Below, in pieces: positions 1 to 10,065 of a stretch of 64,000 nt of DNA. Within the stretch, counting starts at the first letter, position 1. Each line of letters starts with the position of its first letter. Source of the stretch: an uncultured Solirubrobacteraceae bacterium (GTDB taxonomy: Bacteria; Actinomycetota; Thermoleophilia; Solirubrobacterales; Solirubrobacteraceae). The translations under genes were made by a program, and so were the position numbers. The stretch covers positions 200,270 through 264,269 of the forward strand of contig CAWCOB010000001.1 of the NCBI GenBank assembly GCA_963797105.1, in the 5' to 3' direction. Below the pieces are notes generated by a model. The model was not told where the DNA came from, did no database searches, and worked only from the letters and a program-made list of their open reading frames with translations.

Positions 1-612
1 CGCGCGGTCGACCCCGGCGACGAGGTCATCATGGTCTCGCGCGCCGGCCTGACCGTCCGCTTCGCCGAGTCCGACGCGCGCTCGATGGGCCGCGACACCA
101 CCGGCGTGCGCGGCATGGACGTCGGCAAGACCGGGCGGGTGATCGCGATGGACGTCGCCCGCGACGACATGGACCTGCTCGTCGTCACCGAGAACGGCTA
201 CGGCAAGCGCACCCAGATCGCGCAGTACCGCAAGACCAACCGCGGCGCCAAAGGCGTCAAGACGATCGGTCTGACCGAGCAAAAGGGCGCGCTCGCGGGC
301 GCGCTGGTCGTGCGCGAGCACCAGGAGCTCGTGTTCATCAGCGTCGGCGGCATGGTCCAGCGGACCGCCGCCGGCAGGCATCTCCCAGCAGGGCCGCTCG
401 GCCACGGGCGTGCGCGTGATGAACCTCAAGGACGACGACGTCGTGAGCGCCGTCGCGCTGGTGGTCGACACCGGCGACGATGGTGAGGCGACGCGGGCGC
501 ACCGGATGGCGGCGACGCTGACCAGAACGCGGGCGCACCGGACGGCGGCGCCGACCTGAACGCGGACGTGCCGGAGATGCCTGCCGCAGAGTCCGCGGTC
601 GACGAGCAGTAG
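1..612 (+). CDS. gyrA: DNA gyrase subunit A, C-terminal beta-pinwheel repeats and acidic tail (5' truncated, frameshift near 375)
   Basis: Blade repeats RSMGRDTTGVRGM, LLVVTENGYGKRT, NRGAKGVKTI; continues in another frame as ISQQGRSATGVRVMNL; acidic tail ends at TAG 610-612. Confidence 0.93.
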
Positions 613-746
613 CCCGCAGAGTCCGGTTGGCCGAATGTCCGGGTGATGGCGGGTAGCTCGCAGGATCCCGGCCGATCACCTCCCAACCGTCCAGAATCGT
701 CGGCGCTCGCTCAGACGGGGGCACGTGAGCAACCGACAGGCTGAGG

Positions 747-1661
747 GTGAACCTCAGCCGTTGCTCTTCAGTACTTCTCCTCACGACTCTCATCTGCGCC
801 GCCCTGATCGGCGGCTCAGCAACGAGCATAGCCGCCGCTGCTCAACCAACGGTGAGGCAGCCAACGGGATTCACCCCCGCGCCACGGCCGCGGAGCGCGC
901 ACATGCAAGCTGCGCCAGGCGCGCGACTCGCGCCGCACGTCGCGCGTGCCGCCTCGAACGCAAACTGCACGCGAGCGGCACGCCAAAACCCCACGTGTCC
1001 AAGCCGCGCACGCCGAAGCCGCACGATCGAAGTCGCCCAAGCCCCACCGCGCGAAGGCTCCACGCACCGAACGCGCGGAACCCTCGTCGAGCACGACGCC
1101 CGAACCGACCGCGGCGGCGTCCTCGCAGCCGTCGTCCGCCGAACGGACCGCGGCGACGATCGCCGCCGTGCTCGCGACGCCCTGCCAGAACACCGAACTG
1201 ACGCCCGAAGCGGGCAACATCGCGCTCGTCCGCGCCGCCGTCCTGTGCCTGATCAACCGCGAGCGCGCCGAAAACGGCGAGAGCCCGCTGACGACGAACC
1301 CCGAGCTCGAACGCGGCCGCCGAAGACCACTGCGAGGAACTGATCGCCGACGACTACTTCGCGCACGTCTCGCCCAGCGGCGAGACGCCCGTGGACCGCA
1401 TCCGCGACACCGGCTACATCCCGAGCCCGACCGACGGCTACGTGATCGGCGAGAACCTCGCCTGGGGCACCTACCAGCTCTCCACGCCGCAGGCGATCGT
1501 CGCGGCCTGGATCGCCTCGCCCGGGCACCTCGCGAACATCCTCGAAGCCCAGTACCAGCGAAACCGGGAATCGGCGATCACGCCGGCGGTCCCCGCATCG
1601 CTCGCGCCGACGGCGCACCCGGCGCCACCTACGCGCAGGAGTTCGGCGTCATCATCCCTGA
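747..1661 (+). CDS. Secreted CAP/SCP-domain protein (frameshifted, end approximate)
   Basis: Signal-like N-terminus; across frames LCLINRER, DYFAHVSPSG, IGENLAWG, AWIASPGHLANIL, YAQEFG. Confidence 0.85.
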
Positions 1662-1715
1662 GCGCACGGCGTTGGCTGGACGGTGCTCCGACGCCCGCAT
1701 GTCATCTCCGTTCGC

Positions 1716-1945
1716 TACTCTGGCCAGACCAGAGAAAGGAGGTGGTCCAAACGTTGAGTGACAGTTCTTGCGGGACCCTGGAGGTGACCGGCCGCTAGGT
1801 CGGGCAGGCTGGACCGCTTAGCGGAATCCAACCCGGGACACCCCGAGACGACCGCCGGTCCTGGTCCCTCCGGCCTCGCAGTTCGTCGCTCTCGGTCTTT
1901 CCAGTCAGAGCAGTGCGAAGGGCGCCGCCGGGCGCCCTTCGTCGT
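1716..1945 (+). ncRNA. Putative stand-alone structured RNA or sORF mRNA
   Basis: TACTCT -10-like box 1716-1721, extended SD 1733-1749, stems 1807-1813/1900-1906 and 1843-1852/1885-1895, closing hairpin 1916-1941. Confidence 0.5.
1754..1798 (+). CDS. 14-aa small ORF MSDSSCGTLEVTGR (TTG start)
   Basis: Follows AGAAAGGAGGT; TTG...TAG read directly from the sequence. Confidence 0.4.
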   Translation: MSDSSCGTLEVTGR

Positions 1946-1946
1946 T
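1916..1946. terminator. GC-rich hairpin, possibly a bidirectional terminator
   Basis: CGAAGGGCGCC-gccg-GGCGCCCTTCG perfect 11-bp stem between convergent units. Confidence 0.65.
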
Positions 1947-1996
1947 CAGGCCGCTCGCTTGCGCCGTCGGTCGCCGGCGCCGCGCCTGGCAGCGGC

Positions 1997-2594
1997 TCAG
2001 GCCGCCTGCGGCAGGTACTGCCAGCCAGGCCGCCGGGATCGTGGGGCTGGCGACGTGGATGAAGATCTCCGCGCGCGGCGTGCGCGGGGCGTGCCGCGGG
2101 TGCATCCCGGCCTGGCGCGGCAGGCGGTCGCCCTTGCGCCGGTTGCACGGCGCGCACGAGGCGACGATGTTCTCCCAGCTCGAGGTGCCGCCCTTGGAGC
2201 GCGGGATCACGTGGTCGACCGTCAGGTTGGAGCGCGACCCGCAGTACTGGCAGGTCCAGCTGTCGCGCGCGAACACCGCGCGGCGGGTGATCTTGCGCCG
2301 GTGGGCGTCGCGCGGGACGTTCACGTAGCTGACCAGCCGGATCACCACCGGCCGCGCGAGCGTCGAGCTCTCCGAGTGCAGCTCCCAGCGGCCGCGCTCG
2401 AGCAGCTCGGCCTTGTCCTTGAGCAGCAGCACGACCGCGCGCCGCACCGTGCACACGTTGATCGGCTCATACGTGGCGTTCAGGACGAGCACCCGACCAC
2501 CCATCGCCGTCGCGGGCGATGTGCCAGGTCCGTGCCGCTGGTGCTCTGAGGGCGACACGGACCCCACCGGCTCTGGTGGGACTGTGCTCTCCAT
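1997..2594 (-). CDS. HNH endonuclease (Rv2469c-like); alternative start 2504; frameshift near the 3' end
   Basis: RVLVLNATYEP, VFARDSWTCQYCG, TVDHVIPRSKGG, WENIVASCAPCNRRKG. Confidence 0.9.
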
Positions 2595-2662
2595 ATTCAG
2601 GGCCGCAGTGTAGCGGGGCGCCGACATCGCGCGGCACAGGGCCGCGCGATGTCCGCTCCGTC

Positions 2663-3589
2663 TCACGCGCTCGGCGCCGCCGCCGCGCGGTAGGAGCCGA
2701 GCACGCGCACCTGCTCGCACATCGCGCGCACGCCCGCGATCGCCTCCGCGACGGGCCGCTCGCTCGGCGCGACCGGCGAGGTCGGCGAAGAACATGTAGC
2801 TGCCGAGCCGCTCGCGCCGCGGCCGCGACTCGATCTTCGTGCAGGTTGATGTCCCGGCGCGCGAACTCGTCCAGGCAGCGCACGAGCCAGCCCGGGCGCT
2901 CGGCGCCGGCGCCCCAGAACACGAGCGATGTCTTCCATGCGCCGCGCCGCGCCGCGCGCAGCGGCGGCCGCTCAGGTCCGCCGCTCGTGCCGTGCCCGCG
3001 CGAGCCACACGAAGCGCGTTTCGTTGTCCGTCGCGGTCCTCGATCCCGCTCGCGCAGCACCGTGCCCCCGTAGATCTCGCGCCGCCAGCGCGGTCCCGAG
3101 CGCCGCCTCGCCCGGGCCGCGCCGCCGCGACCACCGTGCGCACCGCCTCCGCGGTCGAGCTCGCCGGCAGGACGCGCGCACGCGCCAGCTCGCCGCGCAG
3201 GAAGCGCGTGCACTGCCCGGGCACCTGCGGGTGGGTGATCACCGTCTCGATCTCCGCGAGCGGCACCGGCGCGGCCGCGATCAGCGAGTGGCGCGACGCG
3301 CAGCAGCGCCTCGCCCACGATCTCGACGTCGCTCGCCTCCCCCGCGAGCAGGTCGAGCGTCACGTTGATCGACCCCTCGAGCGAGTTCTCGATCGGCACG
3401 ACCGCCCAGCGCACCTCGCCGCGCCGCAGCGCCATCACCGTGTCGTAGATGCTCGCCAGCGCCACCGGCTCGACCGCGTCCGCCGTCGGCGCTCGCCAGC
3501 AGCGCCTCCTCGCTGAAGGTCCCGGCGGGCCCGAGATAGCCGACGCGCTCGCGGCCGCGCGGCGGGCGTCTCAGGCGGTGTCGGCTCAT
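2663..3589 (-). CDS. pheA: Prephenate dehydratase (several frameshifts)
   Basis: VGYLGPAGTFSEEA, VVPIENSLEGS, THPQ, NETRF, TKIESRP, ACT domain. Confidence 0.92.
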
Positions 3590-4117
3590 CAGCGGCAGCC
3601 TGCGCCGCCGCCGCCGGCGAGCGCGAGGCGCACCGCCTCGGCCTCCTCGGGAGAGAGCTCCAGTTCGCCGCGTCCGCCGCGCACCTGCTTGCCGTACACG
3701 CGCGCCTGGTCGCGGTGGTGGATGCACGACAGCACGATGCCCGAGCGCTCGTCGTCGAGCAGCGCGATCGACATCGACTGCTGTCCGGAGAGCTCGTTGT
3801 AGGCGTCGTAGCGCACGAGCGCCCGGTGCGCGATGCGTCCCCGCAGCGCGCGTCTCGACCGCCGCCAGCCGCGCGTCCAGGCGCGCCGCCGTCTCCTCGC
3901 ACGTACGTCGCTGCAGGCTCGTCGAACGCCTCCTGCAGCGCGGCGGCGTGGGCGACGACGTCCTGCTCGCCGTGCTCGCCGAGCACGAGCCGCTGCGCGC
4001 GGCGCAGCCGCCGCAGCCGATCGCCGAGCGCCACGCAGCCGAGCAGCGCCACGAGCGCCAGCGCGCCCGCGCCGCGATCGCGATGATCCCCTGCGTGTCG
4101 GTGATCGATGCGGCCAT
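3589..4117 (-). CDS. DUF4446-like membrane protein (frameshifted)
   Basis: N-terminal TM, coiled coil, LVRYDAYNELSGQQSMSIALLD, RVYGKQV, LSPEEAEA. Confidence 0.8.
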
Positions 4118-4183
4118 CGCCACAAGTTAGCCGCTGGCGCCGTCGCCGCGCCCGGCAGGCGCCGGCAGGCCGTCCGTTCGGCC

Positions 4184-5350
4184 CTATTCGCCGAAGATCG
4201 CCAGGTAGACGCCCTTGTTGCCTTCGTGGTTGGTCTCGCCGGGCACCGGCGTCGACCTGCACTTCGATCTTCGCCGGCTGCCCCAGCGGGCACGCCGGTG
4301 ATCGGGATTTCCACGTTGGCCTGCTTGCCCGGTTCGGTCTTGTCGATCACGTGCGAGGCCTTGTACTGCTTGCCCGCGGCCGTCACCGTGACGTCGACCT
4401 TGACGTCGGTCTCGGCGAATTCGCCGGCGTTTTCGACCGTCACCGTGAACGTCGGGCTGCCGCCGCCGCTGATGTGGTTGATCGTCGGTTCCGGCTTCGA
4501 GCTTGGTCGTGCCCACGCTCACCCCGGTCAGCGCGCTGCCGTGGTGCCCGGAGAGCGTCTGCGCGCTCGTGGAGGAGCTCGAGCGGCTTCGCCGGTGAGC
4601 CGCGCCGCGACGGTGCTCGCTTCCAGCCAGCCGATGTTGGGCAGGAAGCGGGTGCTCGCCGTGGTCAGGCCGCTGATCCCGTCGGCGGCGAGCGCCTGCT
4701 GGATCAGCGGCGCCACGCGCTGCGAGTAGATCACGTCGGAGGCCAGGAAGATCTCCATGTCGCCGGCGATCTTCGACGCTCGCCTGCTTGGCCTGCCCGC
4801 CGAGCGCGCTTGGGAGCGAGCGCCGCGAGCTTCGTCATGCCTTCGACGCGCAGGTCGAGCGCCAGCAGCAGGTCGCTGCTGCGCGTCCGCCATTTCGCCG
4901 GGCACGCTCAGGCCCTTGGCGTGCGTGGCGACGCTCTGCGCCTGCTTGCAGCAGTTCGTCGACCTGCTCCTCGACGTCGAGCGCCGACTTGCCGGCGGCG
5001 CCCGTCAGCGCGACGAACAGCGGATGCGAGACCTGTGCGTCGGATTCCTGCGCGAGCGCGCTGACTTCGCGGTTGTAGTTCTTCAGCGACTGCTGCTTTT
5101 CGCTTTTCAGGCAGCCGTTGATCAGCAGCACGATCACGATCAGCAGCACGACCGCCACGCCCGCCGCCCAGCGGCGGCGCACCATCAGGGTGTGCTGATC
5201 GACGCCCGCCGCCGCCGGCAGCTGCGGCCGCCGCGGACGCGGCTGGCGTGGCGGCGCGCCCGTCGCCGACCGCTCTCCGGCGGTCCGGCGTCGCGGTGCT
5301 CGGGATGACGGTCGAGGCGCTGTCTCCTCGTCATCGTCGAAGAACGACAA
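4184..5350 (-). CDS. Membrane-anchored hypothetical protein with CARDB/Ig-like C-terminus (frameshifted)
   Basis: MSFFDDDEE N-terminus, TM VAVVLLIVIVLLI, C-terminal beta-rich VTVENAGE...VPGETNHEGN. Confidence 0.65.
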
Positions 5351-5501
5351 AAGCCAACCGCTCCTTTGCAGGGACTTTACGAAGAGGCCCAGTATGACTG
5401 GCGGCCATCCCCCTCGCGAGATCTGCAACTTCTCGGTCAATGCGGGTTTTCCTGCCCTCGTCGGCAGGGACGGGACCGGCCGACGGCGAACGCGGGAGCC
5501 G

Positions 5502-7343
5502 GTGGAGTCGCCACAGACCCTCGTCCAAGCGTCCCGCGGCAAGCGCGACGAGCCCGCGGACCCGCCGCCGCGTCGCCGGATCGCGCGCGCCGCCGCCGAA
5601 GCCGGGCGGCCGCCGACGAGCTCGTGCTCGAGCCGCTACCGGCTGCTCGAGCGGCTCGGCAGCGGCGGCTTCGGCGTGGTGTGGCGCGCCCACGACGAGC
5701 TCCTGCACCGCGAGGTGGCGGTCAAGCGCGTCTGGCTTGGGCCCGAGCGGAGACAGCGAGCGCGCCACCCGCGAGGCGCTCGCCTCCGCGCGGCTCTCGC
5801 ACCCGGCGATCGTCGCCCTGTACGAGGCATGCGCGCGCGACGACGCGTTCTACCTGATCTCCGAGCTCGTCGACGGCGACACGCTCGCGCGGCTGATCGC
5901 CGCCGACGAGCTCGAGGACGAGGAGGTGCTCGAGATCGGCCTCGCGCTCGCGAGCGCGCTCGAGCACGCCCACGCGCGCGGCGTGATCCATCGCGACATC
6001 AAGCCGCAGAACGTGCTCGTCCCGCACCCGCGCGAGGACGCGCGCGGCGCCGCGAGCGCTGCCGCCGCCGCCAAGCTGACCGACTTCGGCGGCGCCAGCC
6101 TCGTCGGCGAGGACGCGCTCACGCGCACCGGCGACGTGCTCGGCACGCTCGCCTACATGGCGCCCGAGCAGAGCGAGGGCCGCGAGGTCGACGCAGCAGG
6201 CCGACCTGTACTCGCTCGCGCTCGTGCTCTACGAGGCGCTGTCCGGCGTCAACCCCGTCCGCGGCGCCACGCCCGCCGCCACCGCGCGGCGCATCGGCCG
6301 CGCGCTGCCGCCGCTCGCACGCCCGCGCCGCGACCTGCCGCGCGGAGCTCACGCGCGCGATCGACGCGCGCGCTCGCCGCCGCGCCCGAGGGCCGCGGCA
6401 CGCTCGAGGAGCTGCGCCTCGCGCTCGAGGACGCGCTCGAGCAGGGCTCAGGCGCTCGCGCTGGCGGCGCTCGCGAGGCGGCACGCCGGACGCGACGCGA
6501 CGAGCGGCGCCGGCCGACCAGCGAGCGCCGGCTCGCCGTGCGGCGCTCACGCCAGCCCCCGCAGCCGCTGCGCCGCCGCGCGAGCACGACGCGCGGCGGT
6601 CCTCCGCGCGCGAGCACGCAACTGCCGAGAACGCGCTCGGCGAGCGGCCTGCGCCTGCCGCGCGGCGCGGCCTGAGCCTGCCGCGCGGCGTGTGGCTCGC
6701 GGCCGTCGCGCTCGTCGCCTGCTGGCAGGCGTTCGCCGGGCGCCCCGGCGTCGCGCTGCTGGCGCTCGCCGCGCTCGCGCCTGCTGGCCCTGCTTCCGGG
6801 CGAGCGCGAGGACTCGCGCGTGGGCGGCAGGTGGCTGGCGTGCGCGCTCGCGCCCGCGCTCGGCCTCGCCGGCCTCGCCGGCGCCTTCCCGGCGATCGCC
6901 GGGCAGGCGTCGCGCTGGCGCGAGCGCGCCGCGCTCGGCGCGCTCGGGTACTGGTGGCTGGCGCTCGCCGGAGCCGCTGCTGGGTCGCGAGCTGTGGCTG
7001 CGCGAGCCCGCCGGCACGCCGGCCCGCGCGGTCTGGGAGGGCTCGCTCGGGCAGCTCCGCCGCGCACGTGATCGCGCCGCTGCTGACGCTCGGCGTGCTC
7101 CTCGGAGCGCTGCTTTGGGGCGTCGCTGCGGCGGCGCTGCCGTGGATCGTGCGCGGTCGCAGCGCCGCACGCGACCTCGTCGCGGTCACCGCCTGGTCGG
7201 CCGCGCTCGCTGCCGCGGCACCCGCGCTCGACGCGGGCTTGCGCGCTCAGCGGCGCACGCGACGCCACGCGGCGCCGTGCTCGGCGCGCTCGCTCGGCGC
7301 CGTGCTCGCCGTCGGTGCCCGCGCTCTGCGGGGCCCCGTCTAG
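5502..7343 (+). CDS. Ser/Thr protein kinase with multi-TM C-terminus (frameshifted, start approximate)
   Basis: LGSGGFGVV, VAVK, HRDIKPQN, DFG, GTLAYMAPEQ; hydrophobic C-terminal half. Confidence 0.85.
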   Translation: MESPQTLVQASRGKRDEPADPPPRRRIARAAAEAGRPPTSSCSSRYRLLERLGSGGFGVVWRAHDELLHREVAVKRVWLGPERRQRARHPRGARLRAALAPGDRRPVRGMRARRRVLPDLRARRRRHARAADRRRRARGRGGARDRPRARERARARPRARRDPSRHQAAERARPAPARGRARRRERCRRRQADRLRRRQPRRRGRAHAHRRRARHARLHGARAERGPRGRRSRPTCTRSRSCSTRRCPASTPSAAPRPPPPRGASAARCRRSHARAATCRAELTRAIDARARRRARGPRHARGAAPRARGRARAGLRRSRWRRSRGGTPDATRRAAPADQRAPARRAALTPAPAAAAPPREHDARRSSAREHATAENALGERPAPAARRGLSLPRGVWLAAVALVACWQAFAGRPGVALLALAALAPAGPASGRARGLARGRQVAGVRARARARPRRPRRRLPGDRRAGVALARARRARRARVLVAGARRSRCWVASCGCASPPARRPARSGRARSGSSAAHVIAPLLTLGVLLGALLWGVAAAALPWIVRGRSAARDLVAVTAWSAALAAAAPALDAGLRAQRRTRRHAAPCSARSLGAVLAVGARALRGPV

Positions 7344-7478
7344 AGCCTGTTCCGAGGCACGCTCGAGGACTCTCGAGACGGGTCCGCAGCGAGGGTGCGT
7401 AGCATGGCTCCCGGCTCGCGCGCGATCCTCAGTGGTCAAGCAGACGCCGATCCCCGCACTCCGCCGAACCGCCCGCCG

Positions 7479-8295
7479 ATGAACCCGCTCAAGAGCGTCG
7501 AGACCACGATCGCCAGCCTCGTCGAGGGCACCTTCGGACGCGCTGTTCCGCTCGGAGGTCCGCCCGATGGAGCTCGCACGCAAGCTCGCCCGCGAGATGG
7601 ACGCGCATCGCACCGTGTCGGTCTCGCGCGTGTACGTGCCGAACGAGTACTCGGTGTGGCTGTCGCGCGAGCGACCGCGCGCGCTACGAAGGCGTCGAGC
7701 ACGAGGTGATCGACGAGCTGTGCGCCTACCTGCTGGAGCACGCGCGCCGCGAGGACCTGATCCTCGCCTCGCCACCGCTCATCTCCTTCCACACCGACGA
7801 GCGCCTGTCGCTCGGCGAATTCGGCATCCAGGCGCAACTGGTCCGCGCCGGCGAGGACGAGAGCCCGCCCGCGCCTTCGCCGGCGCCCCGCGCCGCCCCT
7901 GCTCGCGCCGCCCCTCCTGCGCCCGCGCCCGAGCAGCACGGCCAGACGATGATCTACAGCACCTCGGCGCGCGTTCGCGAAGCCGGTCGAGGAGGTCCAC
8001 GCGCAGCGCCCGCCGGAGCGCGCGCTGCTGGCCGTCGGCGGGCGACGGCTGCTGGTGCCGACCCGCGGGCGGCACCGATCGGACGCAGCCGCGACTGCGA
8101 CATCGTGCTCGAGGACGCGGGCATCTCGCGCCGCCACGCCGAGCTGCGGCCAGGCCCTGACGGCTGGACGGTCGCGGACCTCGGCTCGACCAACGGCGTG
8201 CGCGTCAACGGCCGCAGGTGCGCGGCGTACAGCTGCTGCGCTCCGGCGACCTCCTCGAGCTCGGCTCGACGGAGATCGTCTTCGAGGTCTCGTGA
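7479..8295 (+). CDS. fhaA: FhaA-like DUF3662 + FHA protein (frameshifted)
   Basis: ELARKLAREMD, VPNEYSVWLS; FHA motifs IGRS, ISRRHA, DLGSTNG. Confidence 0.85.
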
Positions 8296-8808
8296 ACACG
8301 CTCGCGCCCGTATCCGTCGCGCTGAAGTTCGGCTTCCTGGCCGTCCTGTACCTGTTCCTGCTGTGGGTCGCGCGCAGCGCGCGCCGCGACCTGCGTCGCA
8401 GCGCCACGCCGGGCGAAACGAGCGCGGGCCAGCCGGAGCGCATGCCGATCCCGGCGGACGCGACGGGCATGTACTCGGCCTCGACGCTCGGCACCGTCGG
8501 CGCCGCGCAGCGCTCGCCGCGGCTCGTGGTCGAGCGCGCTCCGGGTCACGAGGCCGGGCATGATCTACGACCTCGACGGCGACCTCGTGCTCGGTCGCGG
8601 CGAGCGCGCCGAGATCCGCCTCGAGGACCCGTTCGCCTCCTCCCGCCACGCGCGCGTCTACGAGCAGGGCAACATAGTGGTCATCGAAGACCTCGACTCG
8701 ACCAACGGCACCTACCTCAACGAGGAGCTGCTGCAGACGCCCCGGCCGCTGCATCCGGGTGACCGCGTGCGCATCGGCGACAGCGAATTCACGTTCGAGG
8801 TCGGCTGA
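8292..8808 (+). CDS. fhaB: FhaB/FipA-like TM + FHA protein (frameshift near 8555)
   Basis: LKFGFLAVLYLFLLWV TM; LGRG, SSRHA, DLDSTNGTYLN. Confidence 0.85.
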
Positions 8809-8809
8809 G

Positions 8810-10055
8810 ATGCTGCGCGTGGCCGAGCAGTACGCCGGCAGCGACACCGGGCGCCAGCGCCGCGCCAACGAGGACTCGCTGCTCGCTCGCGCGCCGCTGT
8901 TCGTCGTCGCCGACGGGATGGGCGGCGCGCAGGCCGGCGAGGTCGCCTCGCGGATCGCCGTCGAGGTCTTCCAGCCGGGCCTGCCCGACGACCGCGCACC
9001 CGGAGCTCGAGCTCGCCGAGCTCGCGCGCGCCGCCAACGCTCGCATCCACGAGCTCTCGCACACGAACGCCGAGCAGGCCGGCATGGGCACGACGCTCAC
9101 GGCCGTGTACGTCGGCGAGCAGGAGGTCGCGATCGCGCACGTCGGCGACAGCCGCGCGTACTGCCTGCGCGACGGCCAGCTGCTGCGCCTGACCGACGAC
9201 CACTCGCTCGTCGACGAGCTGATGCGCCAGGGGCGGCTCACGCCGGAGGAAGCCGTCGAGCATCCGCAGCGCTCGGTGATCACGCGCGCGCTCGGGCCCG
9301 AGGGGATCGTCGAGGTCGACACGCGCTCCTTCCGCGCGCGCGCCGGCGACGTGTACCTGCTGTGCAGCGACGGGCTCACGACGATGCTCTCCGAGCAGCA
9401 GATCGCCGCCGTGCTGCTGGCGCACCCGCGTCTGCGCGACGCCGGCGAGGCGCTGATCGCGGCGGCCAACGAGGCCGGCGGGCGCGACAACATCACGGTC
9501 GTGCTGATCCGTCTCGAGGATGTCCAGGTGGGGCAGGCGCCGGCCGGCGGCGAGCACACGACGATCGTGGGACTCCCCGCGGTGCCCGCGCCCTACGCGC
9601 CGGCTCCGTCGGTGGCACCGGAGATGCTCGCCGACGAGATCGTGACCGGGGCGCCCGCGCCCGCCGAGCGCGAGCGCGCCCGCCAGCGCACGCCACGCGT
9701 CGCGCGCCCGGGAGAGGCTCCGGCGCCTCGCGCTCGCCGCCGCCCGCGATTGCGCCACGCGAAAGCGCTCACGTTCCTGCTCGTGATACTCGGCCTGCTC
9801 GGCTCCGGTGCCTACCTCGCGCTGCAGTCGGTGTACTTCATCGGCACCAACAGCCGCGGCCTCGTGACGATGTTCGAGGGGCTGCCGTACAGGCTTCCGG
9901 GCAACCTCACGCTGTACAGCAGCCAGTACGTGTCGGGCGTCAGCGCGTCGACGCTGACAGCGCAGAGGCGACGCTCGCTGCTCGATCACTCGCTGCGCTC
10001 GGAAGCGGACGCCGGGTCGCTGATCCGCAGCCTCGAACTGGAACAGCTCGAATGA
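8810..10055 (+). CDS. pstP: PP2C-family Ser/Thr phosphatase with TM and extracellular tail (frameshift near 8995)
   Basis: RRANED, VADGMGG, MGTT, HVGDSRAY, CSDGL, GGRDNIT. Confidence 0.92.
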
Positions 10056-10065
10056 GGCGCACGCC

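Noticed and set aside
494-567. Duplicated GCGGGCGCACCGGA unit
   Set aside because: Lies in the low-complexity acidic tail of GyrA.
1733-1749. Fragment of a 16S rRNA gene on the minus strand
   Set aside because: Similarity stops after 17 nt; no other rRNA sequence follows.
1716-2594. HNH gene next to a structured RNA as an IscB/omegaRNA (HEARO) system
   Set aside because: The protein is a short stand-alone Rv2469c-type HNH with no PLMP or RuvC motifs, and the RNA is convergent rather than upstream.
1-9100. Dense frameshifts suggesting mass pseudogenisation or programmed frameshifting
   Set aside because: They hit essential genes such as gyrA as single-base indels, with motifs intact across frames; best explained as long-read errors. 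The same applies to isolated shifts near 18258, 27190, 29895, 37720, 38370, 38887 and 40393.
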